A stretch of DNA of 64,000 bases from a virus: the IMG/VR virus record IMGVR_UViG_3300044997_000693, positions 7,242-71,241 of that record. One strand, 5' to 3'. Made by a program: the position numbers and the translations under genes. Below the pieces are notes generated by a model. It saw only the letters and a program-made list of their open reading frames with translations, searched no databases and was not told the DNA's origin. Within the stretch, counting starts at the first letter, position 1, and every line of letters begins with the position of its first letter. Below are positions 10,377 through 20,534 of the stretch, one piece after another.

Positions 10377-10401
10377 CCCAAAAATAGTCACCGGTTATAA
10401 T
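10373..10401 (+). promoter_or_regulatory. sigma70-type promoter
   Basis: TTGACC-17-TATAAT. Confidence 0.7.
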
Positions 10402-10433
10402 AGCGGCACGATTGTTTATTACCGGATGAATAC

Positions 10434-13052
10434 ATGAAGAAACAACAGCTAACCGGCTATGCCTATAGAGCCATTTCTTTGGTCACTGCTGCCTTGCTCG
10501 CAGCCTGTGGCGGTGGTGGCGGTGGTGGATATGGTGGCGGTGTCCGCAGTGACACCAACAGTGGTTGGTCCAATACCAACGGCGCAATTCCCAGCGCCGA
10601 AACATTGTCCAAATATGGATTTACCGCCGGCTCTCGCGCCACTGTTCCCTTTGCCACTCCTGTTCATGTCAGCACATTTAATCCATACACCAGTGACTCT
10701 ACCAAAACTTCAGTAAGCCAGCAATACATAGTAAACAACCTAGTCGGTGATGGTACCGACAGTATGATTGTGACCGGGCGCATGAGTCAACCTGCCACCA
10801 GTAGCGAATGGGTCGACAGTAGCATACAGTTGTTCACTTGGAAAAATGGCAGTTTTGTCAACAATACTGCCAGTTGGTTTGCTGCTGGCAGCAACTCTAT
10901 TTTGGGAACAGACCCCAATGTTCAATTTGCGGACTTTTTTAAGTCTGGAAAAATCGATATGCTGATCAGTGCTTCCACTGACATGAACTACTACGGACCA
11001 ACTGGATCCAGTCAGGCCTGGTTTTTTCGAAATACCGGAAGTCAATTTAGTCGTAGCACCATAGAACTTGGTGCCCAGGTATGGGGACACGGTACCACGA
11101 TTGCCGACCTGACCCAGTCTGGATGGCAAGATGCTATCATCACCGATTACGGCCCAAACACTACATTTTTGATGAATAATCGTGTCAACGGATTTACAGT
11201 GTATCAGGCTCGGGGCAACAACGATCTGTTTTGGGGTACCAGCAGTATTGCAGCCGCAGATTTTTTAAACAACGGGTCGACACAGCTGGTGGCCGTCGAC
11301 AGCCGGGCATGTGTTGGCAACACAGGATGGAATGGATGTGGTGCCAGCACTACCAAAATGTACACCTGGGCAATAGATCCGGCCACCAATAAACTCAGTA
11401 TCAATTGGGCACGAGATTTGCCCACCCCAATACTGGGCAACAGCAGCCATAACTATTTGGTCATAAACCATGATTTTAACAGCAGTGGTAACCAAAGTTT
11501 AATCCTGTTTAGTCGGCCCGATACCAGTGGTTTTATAAAGCAGTCAGCCATACAGTTTTTGCAAAATGACGGTGCAGGTAATTTCACCGATGTAACTGCC
11601 ACCATGCTAAAAGGTTACAACACCAACACATACGGCACTTATCATCCGCAATTTATAGACCTAGGCAACGGTTTTAAAAGCATGATTGTAAGTGGATCTG
11701 ATTGGTCTGGCGCAAACAACAGCACTCAATTCTTGATCAAACAAAGCGCCACCGGTCCATATGTGGCAGCATTCCAAAATATCATCACCGACTTTGTCAG
11801 TCAAGCCAATCTGATTGTTGGTTCAGGCAACAACGGCAATCAAGTGGCTGTGGTCAAGGATGCCAATAAAAATCTATATCTTGTGACAACCGTGCAATAT
11901 CAGACCGATGCCTACAGTCCAAGGAGAATGTCAACATATCTGAGTTTGGTAGGTGCCAACATCACAACTACAACAGCACAGTCAGCATTTAATGCAGTCA
12001 AGGTCACGTGGCCCTGGATGAGTTCAGCACAGGTGAATCAAGTCCTGGCAGCCACGTCCAGTAACTACCTGACCGATGCTGGACCCGGGCTGGTATTAAA
12101 TCCAGATCAGCTAATGAATCCAGTTGGCTCGTTGAGAGTGGCCACTCAATCAGGTATTACAGCACTGACCGGCGGCATATCTGGTGTTGACATGTCCAGT
12201 CTGAATCAGATGCAGGCGTTTGATTCGTTGGGGCGCAACTACAATTTGAATTTCGGCAGCAACAACTCGGCCGGGCCCAACAGTTTTACATTCAATACCG
12301 AGCATGCAGACCAATACAATCTATCAAGTCATACCGAGTATATGCTGAATGCCAATATCAATACTGTATATAACCGGCAAGGTATGGCCATGCGCTTGGG
12401 TGCCGAAACGCGGAATCCGTCCAACACTGTCGGGGTACCTTTGCTACCCAAAGAATTTGGAGACCAGTCTGGCAATAGTATGCATCTAGGACCAACCGCG
12501 CCTGCCCAATGGAGCATTGGTCTTCCTGAATTTTACAAGAAGGACAATTTTTCCATTGGCTTTCAATACACCAGTCTCAGCACAAATCCCTGGTTAAATT
12601 TTACCGGATCATTTGGCTCAGTCAGCAGTAGCAGTACCCTGGAGCAGGTGACGACTTATCAAAAGGATGGCTTCAGTGTACAAGGCGCACTTATGATGAC
12701 CACTACTAATTTTAAACCAGGAATTATAACCGATGTGAGTCCAATCCTGGGCGGATGGGCCGAAACTGGTTATCGATACAACGAGTTGGGGTTTGGTGAT
12801 CTTGGCATTTATGCAGGCATCAAGCCAGTGGTATTGAGCGGCAACGTAACGGCCAATATGCCAACCGGAGTTGACAACTCCGGCAATGCAATCTACACCA
12901 GCACCAAGATGAATGTGGTGGGACAAACCACTACATATATACGTGCTCTGTACACCGGAGTCATTGACCGACACAACGCCTACCGGCTGTCAGGAATAGT
13001 CACAGAAACAGGACAATACCGAGCACTGGCCGAATATAGATACACATTTTAA
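10434..13052 (+). CDS. lipoprotein with FG-GAP/VCBS-like repeats and possible C-terminal beta-barrel
   Basis: lipobox LAAC-G, poly-Gly linker, ADF..G..D repeats, C-terminus YRYTF. Confidence 0.7.
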   Translation: MKKQQLTGYAYRAISLVTAALLAACGGGGGGGYGGGVRSDTNSGWSNTNGAIPSAETLSKYGFTAGSRATVPFATPVHVSTFNPYTSDSTKTSVSQQYIVNNLVGDGTDSMIVTGRMSQPATSSEWVDSSIQLFTWKNGSFVNNTASWFAAGSNSILGTDPNVQFADFFKSGKIDMLISASTDMNYYGPTGSSQAWFFRNTGSQFSRSTIELGAQVWGHGTTIADLTQSGWQDAIITDYGPNTTFLMNNRVNGFTVYQARGNNDLFWGTSSIAAADFLNNGSTQLVAVDSRACVGNTGWNGCGASTTKMYTWAIDPATNKLSINWARDLPTPILGNSSHNYLVINHDFNSSGNQSLILFSRPDTSGFIKQSAIQFLQNDGAGNFTDVTATMLKGYNTNTYGTYHPQFIDLGNGFKSMIVSGSDWSGANNSTQFLIKQSATGPYVAAFQNIITDFVSQANLIVGSGNNGNQVAVVKDANKNLYLVTTVQYQTDAYSPRRMSTYLSLVGANITTTTAQSAFNAVKVTWPWMSSAQVNQVLAATSSNYLTDAGPGLVLNPDQLMNPVGSLRVATQSGITALTGGISGVDMSSLNQMQAFDSLGRNYNLNFGSNNSAGPNSFTFNTEHADQYNLSSHTEYMLNANINTVYNRQGMAMRLGAETRNPSNTVGVPLLPKEFGDQSGNSMHLGPTAPAQWSIGLPEFYKKDNFSIGFQYTSLSTNPWLNFTGSFGSVSSSSTLEQVTTYQKDGFSVQGALMMTTTNFKPGIITDVSPILGGWAETGYRYNELGFGDLGIYAGIKPVVLSGNVTANMPTGVDNSGNAIYTSTKMNVVGQTTTYIRALYTGVIDRHNAYRLSGIVTETGQYRALAEYRYTF

Positions 13053-13107
13053 TTGGCCGTGCTGCACAGCCAATAAATAAATTTATCGCACGAAAGGACA
13101 CAGATAT

Positions 13108-13368
13108 ATGGCAAGCTCTCGCACAGTAAACCTAACGAATACCCAAGACCGCACTTTTCAAATTCAATTAAAAAATGATTCTGTAGTTGAATTCAAGTTT
13201 TCGCCAATTTCTGCCACCGGAGATCAACTGTGGCAGATGTTTGCCACAGTCGAAGCCCTTGATACACTAGAACAATTGATCAAGTCCGAACCCGAAACAG
13301 TTGTTGCAGTGGATGGGGGTACACCGACTAAATCAGCTAGAAAATCAGCACCAGCTAAGAAAAAATAA
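13108..13368 (+). CDS. hypothetical protein with basic tail
   Basis: AAGGA SD; upstream AATAAATA box. Confidence 0.7.
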   Translation: MASSRTVNLTNTQDRTFQIQLKNDSVVEFKFSPISATGDQLWQMFATVEALDTLEQLIKSEPETVVAVDGGTPTKSARKSAPAKKK

Positions 13369-13372
13369 CCCC

Positions 13373-13441
13373 GGCGGTCTTGGCTTCATCCCGCTTGACA
13401 AACTCTGCCGCCTGTTTTACAATCTAATACAGGAGAATACA
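13373..13441 (+). promoter_or_regulatory. queD leader: TTGACA-17-TACAAT promoter overlapped by alternative helices involving the SD
   Basis: GGCGG(13373) pairs with CCGCT(13391) or GCCGCC(13407); CCTGT(13411) pairs with ACAGG(13429) of the SD. Confidence 0.5.
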
Positions 13442-13891
13442 ATGCCAAAATTTTACTCAACAAAACGCTACGGACACAACATTGGTCTGTCAGCGGTATT
13501 TCGTCAGCCCAATGCTGATCATAGTCACTGTCATTTGCTGCATGGTTATAGTTTAGCGTTCACATTTACATTTAGTTGTGACACACTGGACAATAAGAAC
13601 TGGGCAGTGGACTTTGGCGGGCTCAAACCGCTCAAGGCCTGGCTGGAAGATCACTTTGATCACAAGTTGGTTTTGGATAAAGCAGACCCGCACCTGGCCA
13701 AGTTCCAAGAACTGGAAGCATTGGGTCTAGCTGACATTAGACTATTTGATGGTGTGGGTGCAGAAAAGTTTGCCGAACATGCTTTCAATTTTGCTGATCG
13801 ATTGATCAGAGAAAAAACCAACAATCGTTGCCATTGTGTCAGGACAGAATGTGCAGAACACGGCGCCAACTCGGCCATCTACGAAGGTTAA
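13442..13891 (+). CDS. queD: 6-carboxy-5,6,7,8-tetrahydropterin synthase
   Basis: SHCHLLHGY, VDFGGLK, FDHK, GAEKFA, EHGANSA. Confidence 0.9.
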   Translation: MPKFYSTKRYGHNIGLSAVFRQPNADHSHCHLLHGYSLAFTFTFSCDTLDNKNWAVDFGGLKPLKAWLEDHFDHKLVLDKADPHLAKFQELEALGLADIRLFDGVGAEKFAEHAFNFADRLIREKTNNRCHCVRTECAEHGANSAIYEG

Positions 13892-13950
13892 TGATTTGTT
13901 GTGTCAACAAATCATTGTCAGAGTAAACGGCGCATATAAATATTCACACC

Positions 13951-14784
13951 ATGTCACACGAATACAAAATAGCAATTATATTGCCCACACGAGGTCGTGT
14001 CAGGGCGCTAACAACCAGCCTTATTGGACTACTTGAAAAAGCTGCTGATCTAGCCAGCATACAGGTGTTGTTGGGACTGGACAACGACGACACTGTGGGT
14101 ATTGAACATTTTCAACAATCATTGCAGCCTCAGCTGGACGCCCTGTCAGTGTCGTACACTGCCATGACATTTAATCCCCTTGGATATAGTCGACTCAACG
14201 AATACATCAACACTCTGAGCCGGGCATCAGATGCAGACTGGATATTTTTCTGGAACGATGATGCCATAATGCAAAGCCACAACTGGGATTTGGAAATTGT
14301 CAAATATACCGGAAAATTCAAGCTGTTGGCTGTTCATACACACAACGACCACCCCTACAGCATATTCCCTATAGTGCCCACGACGTGGCTGGATCTCATT
14401 GGTCATTTGAGTTTACACAGCATGACTGATGCTTGGTTGAGTCAAATTGCCTATCTGGTTAACATTTGGGAGCGTATCGATGTTCATGTGTTACACGACC
14501 GCGCTGACCTAACTGGTAACAATCTAGACGCCACATACAAGCAAAGAAAACTGCTAGAGGGCAATCCCAGAGATCCGAGAGATTTCCACAATCCTGACCT
14601 GACCAGGCTGCGCTATCAAGAATGTGACATAATCAACAATTATTTGAAAAGTCAGGGACTGGACGCAACCTGGTGGGAGCGTGTCAAGGCCGGTGAACAA
14701 GAACCTTGGGAAACTTTACGGGCCAATGACCCCAATAACCAAATGCGACAATATGTTGTGAAGGTTAAACAATTAACTCTATGA
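13951..14784 (+). CDS. GT-A (GT2-like) glycosyltransferase
   Basis: IILPTRGR, LDNDD, FWNDD. Confidence 0.8.
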   Translation: MSHEYKIAIILPTRGRVRALTTSLIGLLEKAADLASIQVLLGLDNDDTVGIEHFQQSLQPQLDALSVSYTAMTFNPLGYSRLNEYINTLSRASDADWIFFWNDDAIMQSHNWDLEIVKYTGKFKLLAVHTHNDHPYSIFPIVPTTWLDLIGHLSLHSMTDAWLSQIAYLVNIWERIDVHVLHDRADLTGNNLDATYKQRKLLEGNPRDPRDFHNPDLTRLRYQECDIINNYLKSQGLDATWWERVKAGEQEPWETLRANDPNNQMRQYVVKVKQLTL

Positions 14785-15821
14785 AAAAAACCATACTAGT
14801 AACCGGAGGTGCTGGATTCATTGGCCACCACATGATTCGTCGCCTGCTCAAGCACGAAGAATACACCATCATCAGTATGGATCGATTGGATTTTTCCGGC
14901 AATCTAAATCGACTGTCGGAACTGAGTCAGGAATTCGGAACCGACACCATGCGCCGGTTGCGAGTAATTTATCATGACCTACGTGCTGAAATTAATCCAC
15001 AGTTGGCAGCACAAATTGGCCCAGTGGACACTGTTATTCACATGGCAGCAGGAAGTCATGTCACTCGTAGTATCGAAAATCCCATGTTGTTTGTACAAGA
15101 CAATGTGGTTGGCACCTGTAACTTGCTGGATTATGCTCGACGTTACTTGCCCAATCTAGAAAAATTCATCAACTTTGGCACCGACGAAGTGTTTGGATCA
15201 GCACCCAGCGGCGTAGAATATCAGGAATACGATCGCTACAACAGTCGCAGCCCATATTCGGCCACCAAAGCCGGCGCAGAAGAACTGTGTGTGGCCTACG
15301 AAAATACCTTTGGCATGCCCATCTATTGCACACACACTATGAATGTGTTTGGCGAACGTCAGCTGCCTGAAAAATTCATCGGCATTGCCATGCGCAAGAT
15401 CTTGGCCGGCGAACCAGTGACCATTCACTGTGATGAAGAAACAGGAACAAAAAGTGGTCTACGCCACTGGGTACACGCAGCCGATGTTGCCGATGCTGCC
15501 ATGTTTATCATGGCCCTGCCACATCGAGGATTTCCGTTGGCCGATGATTTTGGCGGTGCTACTTGTCCCAAGTTCAACATTGTGGGTCAGCAAGAAGTAT
15601 CAAATTTTGACGTGGCACAGAAGATTGCCAACATCCTGGGTCGAGAATTAAAGTCGGTCATGGTAGGCTACGACACACAACGACCCGGGCACGACTTCCG
15701 TTACGCACTCAGTGGAGAATACATGAAAAAGCTAGGCTGGGAACCCAAGTACAGTTTTGATACCAGAATTGAACAGATGGTGCGTTGGACTTTAAAGAAT
15801 GATCGCTGGTTAAAATTATGA
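14781..15821 (+). CDS. rfbB: dTDP-glucose 4,6-dehydratase
   Basis: TGGAGFIG, HMAAGSHVTRS, GTDEVFG, YSATK, RPGHDFRY. Confidence 0.9.
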   Translation: MKKTILVTGGAGFIGHHMIRRLLKHEEYTIISMDRLDFSGNLNRLSELSQEFGTDTMRRLRVIYHDLRAEINPQLAAQIGPVDTVIHMAAGSHVTRSIENPMLFVQDNVVGTCNLLDYARRYLPNLEKFINFGTDEVFGSAPSGVEYQEYDRYNSRSPYSATKAGAEELCVAYENTFGMPIYCTHTMNVFGERQLPEKFIGIAMRKILAGEPVTIHCDEETGTKSGLRHWVHAADVADAAMFIMALPHRGFPLADDFGGATCPKFNIVGQQEVSNFDVAQKIANILGRELKSVMVGYDTQRPGHDFRYALSGEYMKKLGWEPKYSFDTRIEQMVRWTLKNDRWLKL

Positions 15822-17047
15822 ATCATCTAACGGAAAACACCTGTTGCTTGGCCTGCGGGTCTCAAAATATCCATCTTGTACTGGACTTGGGACAACAGCC
15901 ATTGGCCAACAGCTACAAAAATTCTGCTGATGCACCAGAAGATCGTTATCCACTAGCAGTTAAACTTTGCCATGATTGTTGTCATCTACAGCTGAGTCAC
16001 ACAGTGGATCCTGCGATTATCTATCGAAACTACCTGTATGCCACTGGCACCAATCAAACCATACAGGACTATTGCAAATGGTTTGCCGACTTTTGTTTAG
16101 AATGCTGTACCGGAGTCAGCAATGTTCTAGACATCGGCTGCAATGACGGAACTCAACTCAATTATTTTAAAAAAGCAAGAAGTCATTTACAACCAATAAA
16201 CACCTACGGAATTGACCCTGCTGAGAACCTTTACCTGCGCAGTAGTGCCAGTCATTCAGTCATTTGCGATTTCTTTGGGGCCGCGGCCGTTGCTGAATTA
16301 AAGAAAGTCAACTACGACATTATCATAGCTCAAAATGTCTGTGCCCACAGCCCAGATCCCTATGGGTTTATAACATCATGTGCTGAACTGATGACCGACA
16401 ACACTGTGTTGTTCATTCAAACCAGTCAGGCCGACATGGTGTTGAACAACGAATTTGACACAATCTATCACGAGCATGTGAACTTTTTTAATGTCAATTC
16501 CATGAGTCGGCTGGCTCAACGTGCTGGCTTACATTTGGTTGACACTGTCAAAGCTCCCATACACGGAAACAGTTACATTTTTATATTGAGCCGAGCTGCT
16601 GTCAATAGGAATCGTGTGAAAAATATCATTGACCTCGAAGCAGCCTATGGACTGATGAACCCGGACACCTATAGTCGTTGGCAATCTACTGTACAGGCCA
16701 ACATGGATCAATTGATCAGCACTGTTGACCAATATCGTGCCGCTGGGTACACCCTGGTGGGCTACGGAGCCGCAGCCAAGGGCAATACCTTGTTGAACTT
16801 TGGACGTATACAATTGGAGTTCATCATCGACGACAACCCACTCAAACAAGGTAAGTTCACGCCCGGTACGGGCTGCGCCATTGTCAGCATAGATCACTTG
16901 AACAGGTTCAATGCCGACGATAAATTGTTGTTTGTACCGTTGGCCTGGAATTTTTTCAAAGAAATACAATCAAAGATTCAACAGGCCCGGAACAACAGCA
17001 AGGACCGGTTCCTGAGATATTTCCCTCAAGTAGAAGTTACACAGTGA
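15818..17047 (+). CDS. NDP-sugar C-methyltransferase
   Basis: N-terminal Zn cysteines, DIGCNDG, FDTIYHEH, GYGAAAKGNTLLN, LAWNF. Confidence 0.9.
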   Translation: MNHLTENTCCLACGSQNIHLVLDLGQQPLANSYKNSADAPEDRYPLAVKLCHDCCHLQLSHTVDPAIIYRNYLYATGTNQTIQDYCKWFADFCLECCTGVSNVLDIGCNDGTQLNYFKKARSHLQPINTYGIDPAENLYLRSSASHSVICDFFGAAAVAELKKVNYDIIIAQNVCAHSPDPYGFITSCAELMTDNTVLFIQTSQADMVLNNEFDTIYHEHVNFFNVNSMSRLAQRAGLHLVDTVKAPIHGNSYIFILSRAAVNRNRVKNIIDLEAAYGLMNPDTYSRWQSTVQANMDQLISTVDQYRAAGYTLVGYGAAAKGNTLLNFGRIQLEFIIDDNPLKQGKFTPGTGCAIVSIDHLNRFNADDKLLFVPLAWNFFKEIQSKIQQARNNSKDRFLRYFPQVEVTQ

Positions 17048-17811
17048 AAAATTATCTAGTAAAAGGTCTACATCGCATTGGCAGCACCAAATGGTGGCCG
17101 GGTCGTGACCGAGCCGACGAGGGCGACTTGTATTCATATTATGAAAAAATGGCACAGCTCAGTGAAGCCAGTTTTTTTCACAACCTTCAAGGCGATTGGG
17201 AACTAATTCGACTAGAGTCCACAGCCGCGGATGTCAACCATGTGTTCCGTCAGCAGTTCCGTGCCATATGGGAACTCTGGAGCGGCGAGCCCTGTAATAT
17301 TTACTACTGTGGCAGTGATGTTCAGGTGTTGAAACCTGTAGAAGTGTTTGGCCGGTATCAACACTTTTTGATGTTCAATTACACAGATCCAAAAAGCCTT
17401 GACGAGCACGAACATTTTTTAAATGCCGACATACGCTATTATCCTGCTGAAATGGATCGCACTATGTTTTCGCAGGCCTTAAAGGATATTGAACATGCAA
17501 CCGAATGGAACAATGATCAAAAACTATATAATCGCATGGTTTGGTCACAAGGGTTAACGCCCGAAGAGGTCATTGATCCACGCATGGCCTATCAAGGACC
17601 GTGGTTGCCTGGAGGCGTAGAGCAAAAACAATTCACCGACAGGTGGAACGGTTGCCCGCTAGAGGAATCCAGTCTAGTGCATTGGCACGGCAGTCGTAAT
17701 GCTGCGGCCAAATTGGCATTGATGCAAAGTATCAATGACCAACTGGGTATACCCACTGTTCCGGTAAAGGCTAGACCAACAAAGACCATAGATATCTCAC
17801 ATTTGCCTTGA
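17044..17811 (+). CDS. GT-A-like hypothetical protein (paralog of 29993)
   Basis: KNYLV.., EPCNI, N..IRYYP..MD, W..DQ, HWHGS. Confidence 0.55.
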   Translation: MKNYLVKGLHRIGSTKWWPGRDRADEGDLYSYYEKMAQLSEASFFHNLQGDWELIRLESTAADVNHVFRQQFRAIWELWSGEPCNIYYCGSDVQVLKPVEVFGRYQHFLMFNYTDPKSLDEHEHFLNADIRYYPAEMDRTMFSQALKDIEHATEWNNDQKLYNRMVWSQGLTPEEVIDPRMAYQGPWLPGGVEQKQFTDRWNGCPLEESSLVHWHGSRNAAAKLALMQSINDQLGIPTVPVKARPTKTIDISHLP

Positions 17812-17842
17812 CAATGCTGACTACACATGTTAGAATGGCAGC
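17808..17842 (+). promoter_or_regulatory. sigma70-type promoter, probably giving a leaderless mRNA
   Basis: TTGACA-17-TAGAAT, ATG 6 nt after the -10, no SD. Confidence 0.7.
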
Positions 17843-18376
17843 ATGAAAAAAGTATACTATACCTGGCAAGACATCGAAAATCAAACACAAGAGATCCTGC
17901 GCCAACTACACCGTGACGCCTGGCAACCCGATTATGTAGTAGGGATTGTACGTGGCGGTCTTGTTCCGGCAACACTGATCAGTCAATATTTGGGTGTTCC
18001 GATGCACACATTAAATGTCAGTTTGCGTGACGGCAATACCGGGCCAGAAAGTAACTTTTGGATGGCCGAGGATGCATTTGGTTATCCTGTATACGATGCC
18101 ACGTGCTCCAGCGACGGAAGAAAAAACATATTGATTGTAGACGATATCAATGACTCGGGTGCCACACTGAACTGGATCAAACAAGATTGGCCCAGTGGGT
18201 GTTTGCCCGACGACAATCGATGGGATCACATATGGAACCACAATGTTCGAGTGGCTGTGCTGGTTGACAACTCGGCCAGCGCCAGCAAATTAAATGTCAG
18301 GTACAATGCAGTTGATTTAAATAAATCTGACGAAGATGTCTGGATAATTTTTCCTTGGGAGGCATGGTGGCGATGA
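17843..18376 (+). CDS. type I phosphoribosyltransferase (gpt-like)
   Basis: GIVRGG, ILIVDDINDSGAT, WIIFPWE. Confidence 0.9.
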   Translation: MKKVYYTWQDIENQTQEILRQLHRDAWQPDYVVGIVRGGLVPATLISQYLGVPMHTLNVSLRDGNTGPESNFWMAEDAFGYPVYDATCSSDGRKNILIVDDINDSGATLNWIKQDWPSGCLPDDNRWDHIWNHNVRVAVLVDNSASASKLNVRYNAVDLNKSDEDVWIIFPWEAWWR

Positions 18377-18579
18377 AAATACACTATAGAAAACTCAATT
18401 TGTTAGAAAAAATGAACGACGCCATTGCTGCCAGCAAGGAACCCATTGATCATTTTGAACTTACTCCGGAAGAATTCAATCAACACTTTAGCAGTTTTGA
18501 TAAATCATTTCAACGAGACAACAGTGTGCAGTACATGTTTAGAGGCATTGTAATAAAGGTCAGCGATGAACAAAATTAA
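18373..18579 (+). CDS. hypothetical protein
   Basis: 68-aa ORF overlapping both neighbours. Confidence 0.65.
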   Translation: MKIHYRKLNLLEKMNDAIAASKEPIDHFELTPEEFNQHFSSFDKSFQRDNSVQYMFRGIVIKVSDEQN

Positions 18580-19423
18580 AATTGCAGAATTATTCTATTC
18601 AATTCAAGGCGAGGGAAGATACATGGGAGTCCCCAGTGTGTTTCTTAGAACGTTCGGTTGCAATTTTTCTTGCAGGGGATTTGGTATGCCCAGGGGAGAA
18701 CTAAGCACAGAATCCGACGAACTGGCCCAGGTGGCGCACCTATACAACAAGTATGAAGAACTTCCTTTAGTTTCCACGGGTTGCGACAGCTATGCCAGCT
18801 GGCACCCCAGCTTTAAAGATTTATCGCCAATGATGACCACAGATGCCATTGTTGATCGTATTATGCAGATACTGCCACACGGTGAGTGGCGAGATGAACA
18901 TCTGGTCATCACCGGAGGCGAACCCTTGTTGGGTTGGCAACGTGCTTATCCTGATCTATTAGATCATCCTCGAATGTCAGGATTAAAAGAAATTACATTT
19001 GAAACAAACGGTACTCAAGCAATAACCAGTGAGTTTGGAAGTTATTTACACACCTGGGCGCATCATCATAATCAAAACTTTTGGAGAGAAATCACATTCA
19101 GTGTCAGTGCCAAACTTCCATGCAGTGGAGAAAAGTGGGAAGAAGCCATTCTTCCAGAAACGGTTTGTTCATATGAAGAGCTGGGCACAGCTTATTTGAA
19201 GTTTGTTATTGCCACAGAACAAGATTTTGCCGATGCAGAATGTGCCATTGCAGCATATCGTTCTGCAGGGTTTGAGGGAAACATTTATTTGATGCCAGTA
19301 GGAGGTGTTGAAAGTGTCTATGTCCTCAATAATCGTCGCGTTGCAGAACTGGCCATGAAGAATGGATTGCGGTACAGTGATAGATTGCAAGTTCCGTTGT
19401 TCAAGAATGAGTGGGGTACTTAA
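18566..19423 (+). CDS. queE: 7-carboxy-7-deazaguanine synthase
   Basis: ELFYSIQGEG, FLRTFGCNFSC..CDS, ITGGEP, ETNG. Confidence 0.92.
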   Translation: MNKIKIAELFYSIQGEGRYMGVPSVFLRTFGCNFSCRGFGMPRGELSTESDELAQVAHLYNKYEELPLVSTGCDSYASWHPSFKDLSPMMTTDAIVDRIMQILPHGEWRDEHLVITGGEPLLGWQRAYPDLLDHPRMSGLKEITFETNGTQAITSEFGSYLHTWAHHHNQNFWREITFSVSAKLPCSGEKWEEAILPETVCSYEELGTAYLKFVIATEQDFADAECAIAAYRSAGFEGNIYLMPVGGVESVYVLNNRRVAELAMKNGLRYSDRLQVPLFKNEWGT

Positions 19424-19668
19424 TGCCATTGGATTCGCAAGTCCAACAATCTCCGCCCACAGAGGATTGGGGACTCAATCGAGCCAAGGGGTGGAAACTA
19501 AAGTTATGTTGGCTACCAAAGAAATGTTTTCTTAGTGGAAAACCTCTTTGGGGCAAAGTAGCTTACCACGGTGAGAATTGGATTACCGGACCGGGTGAAC
19601 CTGTTGTAGATCATTATTGGATTGAAAAAGTAGAATTTATATTTTGGAATTTGAAAGGTAAAAAATGA
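19423..19668 (+). CDS. hypothetical protein
   Basis: 81-aa ORF coupled to queE and nadE. Confidence 0.65.
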   Translation: MPLDSQVQQSPPTEDWGLNRAKGWKLKLCWLPKKCFLSGKPLWGKVAYHGENWITGPGEPVVDHYWIEKVEFIFWNLKGKK

Positions 19669-20450
19669 CTAAATTTACACCCGACGACTGTCTGACAACG
19701 ACCCTGTTGCAGGATCGCATCACCGAGTGGATCGGCAATTATGCCCAGCAAGCTGGCATGCGATCTTTGGTAGTGGGCATCAGTGGTGGTATTGACTCAG
19801 CTGTGGTCAGTGCGCTGTGTGCCAGGACTGGGCTCAACACCTTTGCAGTTACCATGCCGATCAGGCAACGCCCCGAACTACATGACCTCAGCCTACGCCA
19901 GGGCGCTTGGTTAAAACAGCATTTCGGCAATGTGTATCACGAAGTTGTTGATCTGACTGCAACCTTTGATGAATTTGAAAAACAATTGGCCACATATCCC
20001 AACTTGTTGGGACTTGCCAACAGTCGTAGCCGACTGCGTATGGTCACCCTGTATCAGATTGCTCAAAGTGTCAATGGGCTTGTGGTTGGTACCGGCAACA
20101 AGGTCGAAGATTTTGGTGTAGGTTTCTTTACCAAATACGGCGACGGTGGAGTAGACATCAGTCCCATCGGCGACTGTTACAAAACTGAAGTATGGGCAAT
20201 GGGTCGTGAGCTGGGCATACTCAAAGAGATCATTGAAGCGGAACCCACCGATGGACTCTGGGATGACGGCCGAACAGATCAGGACCAATTAGGCGGCTTG
20301 AGTTATGCCGAATTGGAACTGGCCATGGCGCAAGATCTTGGCGAGGTGCCTGTGGTCAGCATTGCTCAACAGCACAATCTTGACAGCTATCGCCAGATTC
20401 GCAGTCGTAGTTTACATAAAATGAATCCTATTCCGGTATTCAAAAAATAA
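19665..20450 (+). CDS. nadE: NH3-dependent NAD+ synthetase
   Basis: GISGGIDS, NSRSRLRM, GTGNKVE, FTKYGDG, PTDGLW. Confidence 0.9.
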   Translation: MTKFTPDDCLTTTLLQDRITEWIGNYAQQAGMRSLVVGISGGIDSAVVSALCARTGLNTFAVTMPIRQRPELHDLSLRQGAWLKQHFGNVYHEVVDLTATFDEFEKQLATYPNLLGLANSRSRLRMVTLYQIAQSVNGLVVGTGNKVEDFGVGFFTKYGDGGVDISPIGDCYKTEVWAMGRELGILKEIIEAEPTDGLWDDGRTDQDQLGGLSYAELELAMAQDLGEVPVVSIAQQHNLDSYRQIRSRSLHKMNPIPVFKK

Positions 20451-20534
20451 AAATTTTTATCTCGACTCAAAATCTTGATAAATTATTCTGTAGGAAATCA
20501 TATCTCTACACCATCATTTATAACAAGGATCAAC

